64,000 nucleotides of DNA. It comes from an uncultured Candidatus Rokubacteria bacterium (GTDB lineage: Bacteria > Methylomirabilota > Methylomirabilia > Rokubacteriales > CSP1-6). Positions 8,300-18,521 of the stretch are shown here, piece after piece. The stretch spans positions 192,001-256,000 of the forward strand of contig CAWBMV010000037.1 of assembly GCA_963789955.1 (NCBI GenBank), written 5' to 3'. Within the stretch, counting starts at the first letter, position 1. Each line of letters opens with the position of its first letter. The position numbers and the translations under genes were made by a program. A model generated the notes under the pieces. It was not told the DNA's origin, did no database searches, and saw only the letters and a program-made list of their open reading frames with translations.

Positions 8300-8850
8300 A
8301 GAGCTTCCTCGCGACTGTCACCACGATTCTCGCCAGCGAGCTTGAATGCCCCCGCCTTAAGGTCTGCCGGCGACACGATCGCGTACCGGCGGTAGACGTT
8401 CTCGGTCCGGCGGCCGGTCAGTTTCATCGCCACCATCGCGGAACAGCGGCCCGCGCCATGTTTCTGACGGCCGTCCGCCTGAGATCGCAGCGCAGCATTC
8501 CGGCATTCCCCGATTTTTTGCAGGCCGTCGCCCATGCTCTCCGGAAATCCCGCCGGGGGTGCCCTGTAAAGCGCCCTGACAGGTGCGGGAACAGCGCGGG
8601 GATCGATTCAGCTTGAGCTCGCGCTCTAAGGTTTCGCCCGAGCCACCTGCTCCGTCAGCAGCAGCTGAGGTCCGACGTGAGGATCACCATGCGGCCCCCG
8701 CCGTTCTTCGTCTGGCCGGGGTCCAGGCTGAGCGTACCTGCCTCAAGGTTCAGCTGGCGCTGCTCGAGGGCCAGCACCACGCTGCCTCGAAGAAGCCTTG
8801 ACGCAGCGCGCTCTCGTCGAGCTTACGCAGCACCGGCATCCGGGCCAGGG
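8300..8850 (-). pseudogene. Decayed tyrosine integrase remnant, paralogous to 1430..2575
   Basis: AMKLTGRRTENVYRRYAIVSPADL and DPGQTKNG retained; the GWR catalytic segment is deleted and the N-terminus is missing. Confidence 0.88.
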
Positions 8851-8862
8851 TCGCCGCACGCG

Positions 8863-9840
8863 CTACTCGATCAGCTGATCGGCGCGCCCGAGCATCGATG
8901 GGGGAATCGCCAACCCAAGCGCTTTCGCGGTCTTGACGTTGATCACCAATTCGGGACGCTCGTACGCCTCGACGGGCAGGTCAGCGGGCTTGGCGCCCTT
9001 GAGGATCTTGTCAACGTAACTCCCGGCCGCGACTCGACCAACCTCACGGATGTTCTCGGCGTAGGAGAACAGCGCGCCCTGCTCCACCCACTCGCGACGG
9101 TGGCCGGCCACCGGCAAATGCTGCTTTGTGGCGAGGCGAATGATCAGCGAGTGAAACTTCACGCGAAGGTTCAGTGAGGCGATGAAGACACCATCCGTGT
9201 TGCTCCGCGTTAGTGACTCGAAGATCTGTTCGAGTTCCTTCTGCGTTCGCGCGCTGCGCTCCATAGTCGTGATCTTCAACGCGGAGGCGGCCTGCCGCAC
9301 TGCACGCTTGAACTGCGGGACGCCCGGATCGTCCGGATCGACGAGGACGAGCATGCGATGAAGACCGGGAACGATCTCCTGGAAGAGCTGCACTTCCTTG
9401 AGCGGCGCGTTCCCGAGCGCCACGAAGCCGGTCATGTTACCGCCCGGATGGGCCAGACTTTTCACGACGCCGGCCGCGACAGGATCCGTGACATGAAGGA
9501 AGACGACCGGAATGTCCGTGATCGTTCCATGAGCAGCCCTGATCGTCTGGTTCTCGAACGCGACGACGAGGTCCGGCCGCGTGCGCGCGAATTCGGCGGC
9601 CGTGACGCGAGCGGCGGCCTCGTCGGGCAGGTTGCGGAAGTCGAGCCGGAGGTTCTTGCCTTCCTCGTAGCCCAGTGTCTTGAGTCCGTCGCGCAGACCG
9701 TCGAGTGACGGCGGCACATGATCGAGGCCCACGTGAAAGAGGGAGATTCGGTAGACCTTCCCCGCCTGCTGCGCCTCGGCGGCGAGTGGCGCGGCGAGCA
9801 GACCGACCAGCAGGGCGAACGTGAGCGATCTGCAGATCAT
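8863..9840 (-). CDS. ABC transporter substrate-binding protein (ABC_sub_bind type)
   Basis: LAAPLAAEAQQAGKVYRI...SLAHPGGNMTG...KILKGAKPADLPVE. Confidence 0.9.
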   Translation of the reverse strand: MICRSLTFALLVGLLAAPLAAEAQQAGKVYRISLFHVGLDHVPPSLDGLRDGLKTLGYEEGKNLRLDFRNLPDEAAARVTAAEFARTRPDLVVAFENQTIRAAHGTITDIPVVFLHVTDPVAAGVVKSLAHPGGNMTGFVALGNAPLKEVQLFQEIVPGLHRMLVLVDPDDPGVPQFKRAVRQAASALKITTMERSARTQKELEQIFESLTRSNTDGVFIASLNLRVKFHSLIIRLATKQHLPVAGHRREWVEQGALFSYAENIREVGRVAAGSYVDKILKGAKPADLPVEAYERPELVINVKTAKALGLAIPPSMLGRADQLIE

Positions 9841-10241
9841 CGAGCGCTCTCCAGCTTCGTCAGGGCCGCGTGAAGCAGCGATTTCACGTCCTGAATCTGT
9901 GCCTGCCGCCTGTCGTCTCGACGCTGCCGGCGGCGCTTCGCCCGGCAGGCGCGGCGCACACGGTCTGCCGTCCCGAAGGGATACGCCGCACACCGAGCAG
10001 GGAGAGCCTATTAAAAGCCCGTCGGACAGCGTGCGCACGCTTTTTGGCGAGACTTGGCCGGCGGAGAGGAGCGTTCGCCCCCGTTCCGCGCCGCGGTCCG
10101 TCAGAAATTGCGAGCCGGCACGCCCTGCTCGACTACCATCTCCTACAGTGAAACACCTGATTGACAGCGCTGGTCGAGCGTAAAAGACTCGGAGAGTTGG
10201 TCTCAATCCAAGTCGAGTGGCGATAGAGGGAGGCGCTGCCG

Positions 10242-10535
10242 GTGGCGTCGAGCAGTCCGGCTAGGTATTCCTTCACTCACATATCGATCGTCCTGAACGC
10301 GCCGGAACAGTCGGGCGTCTATGCTCTGCACTATCAGACGTCGTGGGTCTACGTGGGCGAGAGCGCCAATATTCGCGCGCAGCTCCTGCAGCATCTCAAC
10401 GGGGACAACGCGTGCATCGCGGTGTATCCCCACCTGAGCTTCAGCTTTGAGATGATCCCCGAAGCGGTGCGCGCCTGGCGACAGGACGAGCTGATCAGGG
10501 AGTTTCGTCCGACTTGCAATCCCCGGCTGGGCTGA
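10242..10535 (+). CDS. Small GIY-YIG-like protein
   Basis: SGVYAL...WVYVGES.NIRAQL..H...ELI..F.PTCN. Confidence 0.7.
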   Translation: MASSSPARYSFTHISIVLNAPEQSGVYALHYQTSWVYVGESANIRAQLLQHLNGDNACIAVYPHLSFSFEMIPEAVRAWRQDELIREFRPTCNPRLG

Positions 10536-10737
10536 ATCCCACCCCGTCGATCTTGCCCGTGAGCCGGTGAAAATACACGTCCAGACCGTTCACGCTCACC
10601 ACCGAGAACAGCGGGCCCAGGTGCACGCGCACCTTCGCCCGGGTGTTCACGGCCTCGTACGACTGGTTGACGACGACACCAGGGATACCCAGCACGACTA
10701 GCAGCTTCCCCAACCACAGCCGAACCAGGGTCCGCAT
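10495..10737 (-). CDS. Hypothetical protein
   Basis: 80-aa ORF with protein-like composition. Confidence 0.5.
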   Translation of the reverse strand: MRTLVRLWLGKLLVVLGIPGVVVNQSYEAVNTRAKVRVHLGPLFSVVSVNGLDVYFHRLTGKIDGVGFSPAGDCKSDETP

Positions 10738-10907
10738 ATCACGCTCTTCTTCAAGAAGTTGGCCAAGCGCGGCCGGGCAATGGATTCCTGCGCTTACCGA
10801 TGCCGCCGCTCGTCAGTGTCGAGAAAGTGTGTAGAAACGACAGGGTCAGTGAACGCAACAAGTTCCCGGCGGAAAGGACGCCAGAAGCCGGGCACCGGTG
10901 ATTTAGG

Positions 10908-11294
10908 ATGCGGGCGATGGTGCGCGACCTCGTGATCGTGGCGGCGCTCGTGGTGCTCGCCGTGCTGCCGCCGGGCTCGGCCCAGGCCGCCGGGATCACG
11001 TCACTGCCGGCCACGCCGGTGACGGAGTGTCTGAAGCCGGAAGACACGACGTGGTCGTTCACCGCGAACTGGGATCCGATGATCGTGGACCAGAGGCCCT
11101 GGCCCACCTACGTCGTCGAGGCCAAGGGCTGTAGCAAAACGATTTTCGATTGTCGCGGCGCTCCCCACTGCAGCGCCGACATCACGTGCTCCGTGAGAGA
11201 AGGGAGAACGACCGTCTGGATCCAACCGTCCGGCATGGCCGGCAGCCGCGCCACGACCGGCGGAGCCTGGAAGCCGCGGGTGTGCAAGAACTAG
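10908..11294 (+). CDS. Secreted cysteine-rich hypothetical protein
   Basis: Signal peptide, six Cys. Confidence 0.6.
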   Translation: MRAMVRDLVIVAALVVLAVLPPGSAQAAGITSLPATPVTECLKPEDTTWSFTANWDPMIVDQRPWPTYVVEAKGCSKTIFDCRGAPHCSADITCSVREGRTTVWIQPSGMAGSRATTGGAWKPRVCKN

Positions 11295-11306
11295 GTGCGC
11301 CCCGAA

Positions 11307-11341
11307 TATCACGAAATGACATGAGTTATCACGACGTGATA
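11307..11341. promoter_or_regulatory. Tandem palindromic operator upstream of the MarR gene
   Basis: Perfect 7-1-7 TATCACG-A-CGTGATA (11327-11341) plus degenerate TATCACGAAATGACA (11307-11321). Confidence 0.6.
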
Positions 11342-11356
11342 CGGTCCTCTGTCGGG

Positions 11357-11830
11357 ATGGGCAAAGGCCACCCGCGCCGGCGATCGACCCCGCGAGTGGA
11401 CTACGAGACGCTCGCCGATCTCCGCTACCACGTCCGACGCTTTCTCCGCGTCCGCGAGGACGCCGCGCGCGCAGCCGGGGTGGAGCCCCAGCAGTACGTC
11501 CTCCTCTTGCAGATCAAGGGCTTCGAGCTACGCCAGCCGGCGACGATCGGCGCACTGACCGAGCGTCTCCAGATCCGTCATCACGCGACCGTGCAGCTGG
11601 TCGACCGGCTACAGCAGCGCGGCATGGTGCGTCGACGGCGGGCCGAGACGGATCGGCGCGGGGTCGTCGTCGAATTGACAGCGCGAGGCGAGTCCGTCCT
11701 GCGTAAGCTGGCGCTGTATTCGCTGGCCGAGCTCCGGACGGGCGGGCCCGCCCTGGCCTCCACCCTGACTCGTGTCATCGAGCTGAGCGGAGGCCGTCCG
11801 CGCCCGAAGCCACGCGGCCGGAAGCGCTGA
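11357..11830 (+). CDS. MarR-family transcriptional regulator
   Basis: PQQYVLLL...LVDRL...DRRGVVVELTARG. Confidence 0.88.
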   Translation: MGKGHPRRRSTPRVDYETLADLRYHVRRFLRVREDAARAAGVEPQQYVLLLQIKGFELRQPATIGALTERLQIRHHATVQLVDRLQQRGMVRRRRAETDRRGVVVELTARGESVLRKLALYSLAELRTGGPALASTLTRVIELSGGRPRPKPRGRKR

Positions 11831-11865
11831 CCCACGTTCACGGAAGGACCGAGGGAGGGCCGACA

Positions 11866-12114
11866 TTGACGACGCGGGTGATTGCCATCGGGGTGGGCGC
11901 GCTGCTCGTAGGCGTGCTCGCCGGATTCCTCTGGTGGGGCACGTCGGCGAATCGCCTGCGCGACGAGGTCCGCGCGCTACAGAATCAGCAGGCCGACGCG
12001 GACGCCGCGCTCAAGGGGCTGCAGACCAAGCTCAAGAAGACGGAGGAGGAGCTGCAAAGTGAGCGCGAGCGCCGAGCTCGTCTGGAGCTGGTCATCAGCG
12101 AAGGCCGCAAATAG
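11866..12114 (+). CDS. Membrane-anchored coiled-coil hypothetical protein
   Basis: N-terminal TM helix followed by heptads; GGAGG RBS. Confidence 0.6.
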   Translation: MTTRVIAIGVGALLVGVLAGFLWWGTSANRLRDEVRALQNQQADADAALKGLQTKLKKTEEELQSERERRARLELVISEGRK

Positions 12115-12150
12115 ACCGACCCACCGGGTCGATTGAGGGAGGATCACGCA

Positions 12151-12738
12151 ATGAGAGGTGCTCTGCTGGTTCCCGCAGCGCTGATGTTCCTGGTCGTGAG
12201 CGGATGTGCGAAGCAGCCCGCGACGATGCCCGCCACGGCGACACCCGCCCCGGGAGCCTCCTCGGGCTCGACCGTCGGAAGCCGGCCCGCGGCCGCGCAG
12301 TCCGGCATGGGTGCCGGAGGCGCGGGCGCCGCGGCGACCGCCGGCGGCGCCGCCGCGAGCGCGAGCACGGCACGGCCGTTACCCCGTGACTTCATGGCGA
12401 ACCCGGCCATCAAGGACATCAACTTCGATTTCGACAAGTACGACATCCGTCCGGTCGACACGAAGATCCTCGACGCCAACGCCGCCTGGCTCAAGAGCAA
12501 CCCGAGAAGCCTCCTGCTGATCGAAGGGCATACCGATGAGCGCGGGACGCCCGAGTACAACCTGGCGCTCGGCGAGCGGCGCGCCAAGGCGGCGATGGGC
12601 TATCTGGTCGCGCTCGGCATCCAGGCCAACCGCATCTCCATCATCAGCTACGGCCAGGAGCAGGGGCTCTGCAAGGAACACGGCGAAGCCTGCTGGGCCA
12701 GGAACCGGCGCGACCACTTCCTCGTCAAGCCGGAGTAA
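12151..12738 (+). CDS. pal: Peptidoglycan-associated lipoprotein (OmpA-like)
   Basis: Lipobox VSGC; FDFDK, EGHTDERGTPEYNLALGERRA, NRR. Confidence 0.9.
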   Translation: MRGALLVPAALMFLVVSGCAKQPATMPATATPAPGASSGSTVGSRPAAAQSGMGAGGAGAAATAGGAAASASTARPLPRDFMANPAIKDINFDFDKYDIRPVDTKILDANAAWLKSNPRSLLLIEGHTDERGTPEYNLALGERRAKAAMGYLVALGIQANRISIISYGQEQGLCKEHGEACWARNRRDHFLVKPE

Positions 12739-12844
12739 GCTCGCGCGCCGTCGTCACGCTCGCCGCCGGCGCGAGCGGTTCCGGGGAGCCGCAGCCGGCG
12801 CGAGCGTATAATCCAGGCCGAAATCCAGGCCAGGAGAGAACGAC

Positions 12845-14251
12845 ATGACGCAGCCGGAAGGCGCCAAGCCCGCTCACGTCGACGGCCGCGCGGCCGTGGT
12901 CAGACAAGACCTCGACAACGTGCTGCATCCGGTCGTCGCCCACCGGCAGCTCGAGGCCGAGCCCATGGTGATCGTCGAGGGCCATGGCTCGACCGTGGTC
13001 GAAGCCGACGGCACCGAGTACCTGGACGCGATGGCCGGCCTCTGGTGCGTGAACGTCGGCTACGGCCGAGGCGAGCTGGCCGACGTGGCCGCCGCCCAGA
13101 TGCGCACGCTCCCCTACTATCCGCACACCGCGATGAACGAGCCGGCCGCGAAGCTCGCGCAGCGCGTGAACGGCCTGCTCGGCGGCGACAATCACGTCTA
13201 CTTCGTCGCCTCGGGCTCCGAGGCGAACGAGGCCGGGTTCAAGTTCGCGCGGCAGTACACCAAGCACGAGAATCCCGGCCAGTACCGTTACAAGACGATC
13301 AGCCGCTACCTCGGCTATCACGGGACGACCTTGGCCACCCTGGCCGCCGGCGGCATGGGCGACCGAAAGATGAAGTTCGAGCCGCTCGGCGGCAACGACT
13401 TCGTCCACGTGGCCCCGCCCTACTGCTATCGCTGTCCCTTCGGCCTCACCTACCCGTCGTGCGAGCTCGCGTGCGTGAAGAACATCGAGGCGACGATCCA
13501 GGGCGAAGGGCCGGACACGGTGTCGACGGTCCTGGTGGAACCGATCATGAGCGCCGTCGGGGTCGCGGTGCCGCCCGACGACTATCTGCCCGAGGTCGCC
13601 GCGATCGCGAAGAAGTACGGCTGCCTCCTGCATATCGACGAGGTGATCAACGGGTTCGGTCGTACCGGCAAGATGTTCGCGCACCAGCATTCGGGAGTCC
13701 GGCCCGACATCGTCGCGATCGCCAAGGGCATCGTGAGCGCCTACCTGCCGATCGCCGCGACCGTCGTCCGCAACGACGTGTTCAAGTCCTTCGTCGGCGA
13801 GGCCGCCGAGAACCGTCAGGTGTTCCAGATCTCGACGTACGGCGGCCATCCCGTCGCCGCGGCGGTCGCCGATCGCAACATCCAGATCATCCTCGAGGAG
13901 CGGCTGGTCGAGCGCTCCGCCGAGAACGGCGCCTATCTCCTCGACGGCCTTCGTATCCTGCTGAAGCATCCGTGGGTGGGTGACGTGCGGGGCAAGGGGC
14001 TCTTCGCGGGGATCGAGCTCGTACGCGATCGACGCACCAAGGAGGCGATGCCGGCGGACAGGATCAAGGGCGTCGTCGACTTCGCCCGCCGCAACGGCGT
14101 GCTCGTCGGACGCTCGGGCGGCGGCCGCCATCTCGGCAGCACGATCGTCCTCTCGCCGCCGCTCGTGATCACGCGCGCCGAGATCGATCGCGTCGTCGCG
14201 GTGCTCGACAAGGCCATCGCCGAGATGGGCGGCCTGCTCGGCGCGAGCTGA
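12845..14251 (+). CDS. Class III PLP-dependent aminotransferase
   Basis: SGSEANE, YHG, DEVINGFGRTG, AKG. Confidence 0.92.
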   Translation: MTQPEGAKPAHVDGRAAVVRQDLDNVLHPVVAHRQLEAEPMVIVEGHGSTVVEADGTEYLDAMAGLWCVNVGYGRGELADVAAAQMRTLPYYPHTAMNEPAAKLAQRVNGLLGGDNHVYFVASGSEANEAGFKFARQYTKHENPGQYRYKTISRYLGYHGTTLATLAAGGMGDRKMKFEPLGGNDFVHVAPPYCYRCPFGLTYPSCELACVKNIEATIQGEGPDTVSTVLVEPIMSAVGVAVPPDDYLPEVAAIAKKYGCLLHIDEVINGFGRTGKMFAHQHSGVRPDIVAIAKGIVSAYLPIAATVVRNDVFKSFVGEAAENRQVFQISTYGGHPVAAAVADRNIQIILEERLVERSAENGAYLLDGLRILLKHPWVGDVRGKGLFAGIELVRDRRTKEAMPADRIKGVVDFARRNGVLVGRSGGGRHLGSTIVLSPPLVITRAEIDRVVAVLDKAIAEMGGLLGAS

Positions 14252-14252
14252 C

Positions 14253-15311
14253 GTGGCGATCCCTCGGTTCGGGCTCAATCGCTTCGACGCGCGCACCGTC
14301 GACGCCTTCGCCGCTGACGTGCGCCGGGCCGAGACGCTCGGCTGGGACGCGGCGTTCCAGCCCGACTCCCAGCTTCGTCGCCGCGACACGTACGTGCTGA
14401 TGGCGGCCGCGGCGCGCGTCACCGAGCGCATATTGCTGGCCACGCTCCTGTCCAATCCGGTGAACCGGCATCCCACCGTCACGGCGTCGTCGATCGCGAC
14501 GGTCGACGAGCTCGCGCCGGGACGCACCCTGCTGGGCTGGGGCGTCGGCGACACCGCCGTGCGCCTGGCCGGGCTCAAGCCGGCCCGCGTCAGCGAGCTC
14601 GAGGCCAGCACGCGCCTGATGCGCGCCTTGCTCGACGGCCAGGCGGTCGACGTCGGCGCGCGCGAGCCGGCGCGGCTGCCGCATCATCGTCCCGTTCCGA
14701 TCTGGATCGCCGCCGGCGGTCCTCGCACGCTCCGGATGGCCGGCGGCGTCGCCGACGGAGTCTTCATCCGTGTCGGGACTCACCCGGCGAACATCAAGAA
14801 ATCGGTCGATGAGATCCGCGCGGGGGCGGTGGCGGCCGGCCGCGACCCCTCCACGGTCGGGCTCGGCGCCGTGTTCCACACCGTGCTCGTCGAGGATCCC
14901 GGTCGAGCGCTGACGATGGGCAAGTCGATGGCCGCGGGCTACTACGAGTACTCGCCGATGCTCTTCGAGCCACCGCGTCTGTCCTGGACCGGTCCCGATC
15001 CCGAGAAGCTCAAGCGCGAGCGCAACGTGTTCCCGGACTTTCACCACGCGGTCGATCTGGTCGCGAGCGGCCGGGCCGTCGACTTCTTGCCCGACGCCGC
15101 CGCCGACGCGTTCTGTCTGCGCGGCGGGCCGGCCGAGATCGTCAAGCAGCTGCTCGGCGTGCTCCGCGCGTCGCCGGCGACGTTCGACTACATCTGCCTG
15201 CATCCGATCCCGAACCCGGCCTCGCCGGACGATCCCGAGCGAGGGTTCATGGCGCGTGTCGCTCGCGAGGTGCTGCCGTCCGTGCGCGCCGCCCTCGCCT
15301 CCGGCGGCTGA
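14253..15311 (+). CDS. LLM-class flavin/F420-dependent oxidoreductase
   Basis: NPVNRHP, GRTLLGWGVGD, AAGGPRTLRMAGGVADG. Confidence 0.88.
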   Translation: MAIPRFGLNRFDARTVDAFAADVRRAETLGWDAAFQPDSQLRRRDTYVLMAAAARVTERILLATLLSNPVNRHPTVTASSIATVDELAPGRTLLGWGVGDTAVRLAGLKPARVSELEASTRLMRALLDGQAVDVGAREPARLPHHRPVPIWIAAGGPRTLRMAGGVADGVFIRVGTHPANIKKSVDEIRAGAVAAGRDPSTVGLGAVFHTVLVEDPGRALTMGKSMAAGYYEYSPMLFEPPRLSWTGPDPEKLKRERNVFPDFHHAVDLVASGRAVDFLPDAAADAFCLRGGPAEIVKQLLGVLRASPATFDYICLHPIPNPASPDDPERGFMARVAREVLPSVRAALASGG

Positions 15312-15325
15312 CAGGAGCTCGACCG

Positions 15326-16513
15326 ATGCCGAGCCCTCCTCCCGGCCTCAACGTGCGACAGCGCACTCCGGTGTCGGCGCGGGCGCGCCAGGCGGAGCTC
15401 CCGCCGCCGCTTCAGAAATACGTCGAGACCGGCGAAGCCCTGATCGCGGAGCCCTTCAAGGGCATCACCGCGGGCGGCCCCGCGGCGCCCGGCCTCTTCC
15501 CGCTCAAGAAGACCGGCGTCTCTACCCGGCAGATCACCGACGCGGCCCGCGCGTTCGTCGATTCACTGAGCGAGCCGCAGCGGGAGCGAGCGCTGTTCCC
15601 GCTGGAGAGCGACGCGTGGCGGCGGTGGAGCAACATCCATCCGTTCCTGATGCGCCACGGCGTCTCGCTCGACGAGATGAGCGCGGCGCAGCGGGAGCGG
15701 GCGCTCGCGCTGCTCCGCGAGAGCCTGAGCACGCAGGGATTCAAGACGGCCCGGGACGTGATGCGGCTCAACGAGCTCGTCCTGGCGATCACCGGCAGCC
15801 AGGCCGAGTACGGCGAGTGGCTCTACTGGCTCAGCATCATGGGTCTCCCGTCGTTCGACGGCCCGTGGGGCTGGCAGATCGACGGCCACCACCTCATCGT
15901 CAATTGTTTCGTCCTCGGCGATCAGGTCGTGATGACCCCGATGTTCATGGGCTCCGAGCCGGTCGCGGCGCACGAGGGCCCGCACGCCGGCACGCGCGTC
16001 TTCCAGGCCGAGGAGCGCCAGGGCCTGGCGCTCATGCGGTCACTCACGCCCGAGCAGCGCCAGCGCGCGATCATCGGCACGGAGCTTCCCGGCGAAGTGT
16101 TCACCGCGGCGTTCCGCGACAATTTCGAGATGAAGTTCCAGGGCATCGCCTCGGGCGACCTGACGACCACCCAGCAGCGCATGCTGCTCGACGTGCTCGA
16201 CACGTACGTCGGACGGATCCGGGCCGGTCATTCCGAGGTGAAACGCAACGAGATCAAGCGTCACCTCGCCCAGACCTTCTTCGCCTGGATGGGCAGCGCG
16301 GACGACGGCGGCGTCTTCTACTACCGGATCCACAGTCCGGTGATCCTGATCGAGTTCGACCACCAGCGCGGGATCGCGTTCGACAACGACGCGCCCTCGC
16401 GCCAGCACATCCACACTGTGGTCCGCACGCCGAACGGGAACGACTACGGGCGGGATCTACTCCGCCAGCACCACGCGCGGTTCGACCACACGCAGCCCGA
16501 CCATAGCCACTGA
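15326..16513 (+). CDS. DUF3500-family protein
   Basis: WGWQIDGHHL, YYRIHSP, HIHTVVRTPNGNDYG. Confidence 0.8.
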   Translation: MPSPPPGLNVRQRTPVSARARQAELPPPLQKYVETGEALIAEPFKGITAGGPAAPGLFPLKKTGVSTRQITDAARAFVDSLSEPQRERALFPLESDAWRRWSNIHPFLMRHGVSLDEMSAAQRERALALLRESLSTQGFKTARDVMRLNELVLAITGSQAEYGEWLYWLSIMGLPSFDGPWGWQIDGHHLIVNCFVLGDQVVMTPMFMGSEPVAAHEGPHAGTRVFQAEERQGLALMRSLTPEQRQRAIIGTELPGEVFTAAFRDNFEMKFQGIASGDLTTTQQRMLLDVLDTYVGRIRAGHSEVKRNEIKRHLAQTFFAWMGSADDGGVFYYRIHSPVILIEFDHQRGIAFDNDAPSRQHIHTVVRTPNGNDYGRDLLRQHHARFDHTQPDHSH

Positions 16514-16518
16514 CGAAG

Positions 16519-16559
16519 ACGGCGCCGCGCGTCGTCGGCGGAGACGACGCGGGCGCCGT
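16519..16559. terminator. GC-rich hairpin between convergent genes
   Basis: acggcgcc-gcgcgtcgtc-loop-gacgacgcg-ggcgccgt inverted repeat. Confidence 0.5.
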
Positions 16560-16579
16560 TCAGTGACCGAACGCGCCGC

Positions 16580-17346
16580 TCAGCTCTTGTACGAGGGATC
16601 GATACGGTCGAGCCGCCGAAGCAGCCCCGGCCAGATCGTCTCGCCACGACGGCGCGGCTGGGCCGGGCCGGCGTAGGCCGCGTCCAGGACCTCTTTCGGC
16701 ACCGGGATCAGCTCACCGCCGCCCGACTGGGCGCGCACCTGGATCGCGCAGGACGATTCGAGGAAGTACATCGCCACGAAGGCGTCCGCGACGGTCTCCC
16801 CCACCGTGATCAACCCGTGGTTGCGGAGAATCAGGTGGGTGTTGTCGCCGAGGTCGGCGACCAGGCGCGGCTTCTCGTCGTCGCGCGTCGCGATACCTTC
16901 GAAGTCGTGGTAGCCGAGGCTGGGGATGACGGACATCGCGTGCTGCGAGATCGGCAAGAGCCCGGCCCGTTGCGTCGACACGGCGATGCCGCTCACCGTG
17001 TGCGTGTGCAGCACGCAGCGCGCGTCGTGGCGCGCGGCGTGGATGGCGCTGTGGATGACGAAACCCGCCTGGTTCACCGGGAACGGCGAGTCGCCGATCT
17101 TCTTTCCCTGCAGGTCGATCTTGACCAGGCTCGAGGCCGTGATCTCGTCGAAGAAGAGCCCGTACGGATTGATCAGGAACTGATCGTCGGCGCCCGGCAC
17201 CCGCACGGTGATGTGCGTGAAGGTCAGATCCTCCCAGCCGAAGCGCACCAGCAGCCGATAGCAGGCCGCCAGATCGACGCGAACCGCCCACTCTTCCTCC
17301 GACACCTTCCCCTTGAGCGACGGAATCTCGATCCCGTGGGCGTCAT
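16580..17346 (-). CDS. Class II aldolase/adducin family protein (5' frameshift)
   Basis: DLAACYRL, GFVIHSAIH, HTHT, LRNHG. Confidence 0.9.
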
Positions 17347-17356
17347 CACCGGTCCT

Positions 17357-18505
17357 TTACTTGATGTTGTAGAGGCGTGCCGCGTTCTCGCACGTGATCT
17401 TCTTCTGCACCCGCTCCGAGATCCCGACCAGGTTCTTGCCGAGTGTGCTGCGCGAGTTCGGCCAGATGCAGTCCGGGTGCGGGTAGTCCGCGCCCCAGAT
17501 GATGTTGTCCTCGCCGATGAGCGGGATGATCGGCTCCAGGTACTGATCCTGCTGATAGGTGACGTAGCCCTGGCGGCGGAAATAGTCGCTCGGCTTCAGC
17601 TTGAAGTTCAGCGACCGGGCCCGGTCGAAGTACTCGGTGTCGAGCCGGTCGAACACGTACGGCAGCCAGGTCACGCCCGACTCGCCCAGGACGAAGTTGA
17701 AGTCCGGGTACTTCTCGCAGGCGCCCGAAGCCAGAATCGACACCAGCACTTCCATGGTGTCCAGCTGGAACAGGGCCGACCGCACCAGCCGCCACTGGGT
17801 GAAGAACTGCTTCTCCATCTCCGGCGTGTCCGGCGCGCGCAGCGCCTTGAAGCCGGTCGAGTGGAAGGCGATCGGGAACTTGCACTCGGCGGCGGCCTCC
17901 CAGAGCGGATACCAGCCGGAGTGATAGAGCGGCGGCGTCATGCGCTTGAACGAGAGGTCGCCGCCCCGCAGCCCCATCTTGGCGCACCGGCGCACCTCGG
18001 CGGCGGCCTCGACCGGATCGGTGTTGGGGATGATCGCCAGCGGGAACACCCGCTTGGGATCCGAGCGCTTCGCGAAGTCGGCCGCCCAGTCGTTGTAGAT
18101 CTTGTCGGCCCAGATGCGCATCGACGCGTCGCTGATATGGTCGTTGATCATCAGGCAGCCGTAGACGATCTCGGCGTCGATGCCGTCGCGGTCCAGGTCG
18201 GCCAGCCTGAGCTCGGGCGTGGTCGGCCGCGGCCGCGCGCCGGGGCGAGAGTCCCACTCGAAGCCGATGTCGTGCATCTCGTCGATGTGGCCGAACATCC
18301 CCGGGGTGTACGGGAGGAACCCCGGCCCCACGCCGTTCCACATGCCCTTGTCCTGGGCGTCCACGAACCAGTGGCAGCCGTCCTCCAGCTCCTCCACGCG
18401 CGGCACCATCAGCTTCCATTTCCCCGGCGCCTGCGACGACCAGAGGTCGGGCGGAAGGTAGGTCAGATCGATGTGGTTGTCGCCGGAGATCAGGTTGTAC
18501 GGCAT
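17357..18505 (-). CDS. Amidohydrolase_2 family protein
   Basis: ISGDNH, FH, ESGVTWLP, WGADYPH. Confidence 0.88.
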   Translation of the reverse strand: MPYNLISGDNHIDLTYLPPDLWSSQAPGKWKLMVPRVEELEDGCHWFVDAQDKGMWNGVGPGFLPYTPGMFGHIDEMHDIGFEWDSRPGARPRPTTPELRLADLDRDGIDAEIVYGCLMINDHISDASMRIWADKIYNDWAADFAKRSDPKRVFPLAIIPNTDPVEAAAEVRRCAKMGLRGGDLSFKRMTPPLYHSGWYPLWEAAAECKFPIAFHSTGFKALRAPDTPEMEKQFFTQWRLVRSALFQLDTMEVLVSILASGACEKYPDFNFVLGESGVTWLPYVFDRLDTEYFDRARSLNFKLKPSDYFRRQGYVTYQQDQYLEPIIPLIGEDNIIWGADYPHPDCIWPNSRSTLGKNLVGISERVQKKITCENAARLYNIK

Positions 18506-18521
18506 GACGCCTCCCCTATGG

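Noticed and set aside
9890..10010. CxxC small-ORF remnant upstream of the SBP gene
   Set aside because: Too short and disrupted to call; at most a mobile-element relic.
12725..14611. Long antisense or shadow ORFs (this one and many others in the track)
   Set aside because: Expected in high-GC DNA opposite well-supported genes; R/A/P-rich with no motifs.
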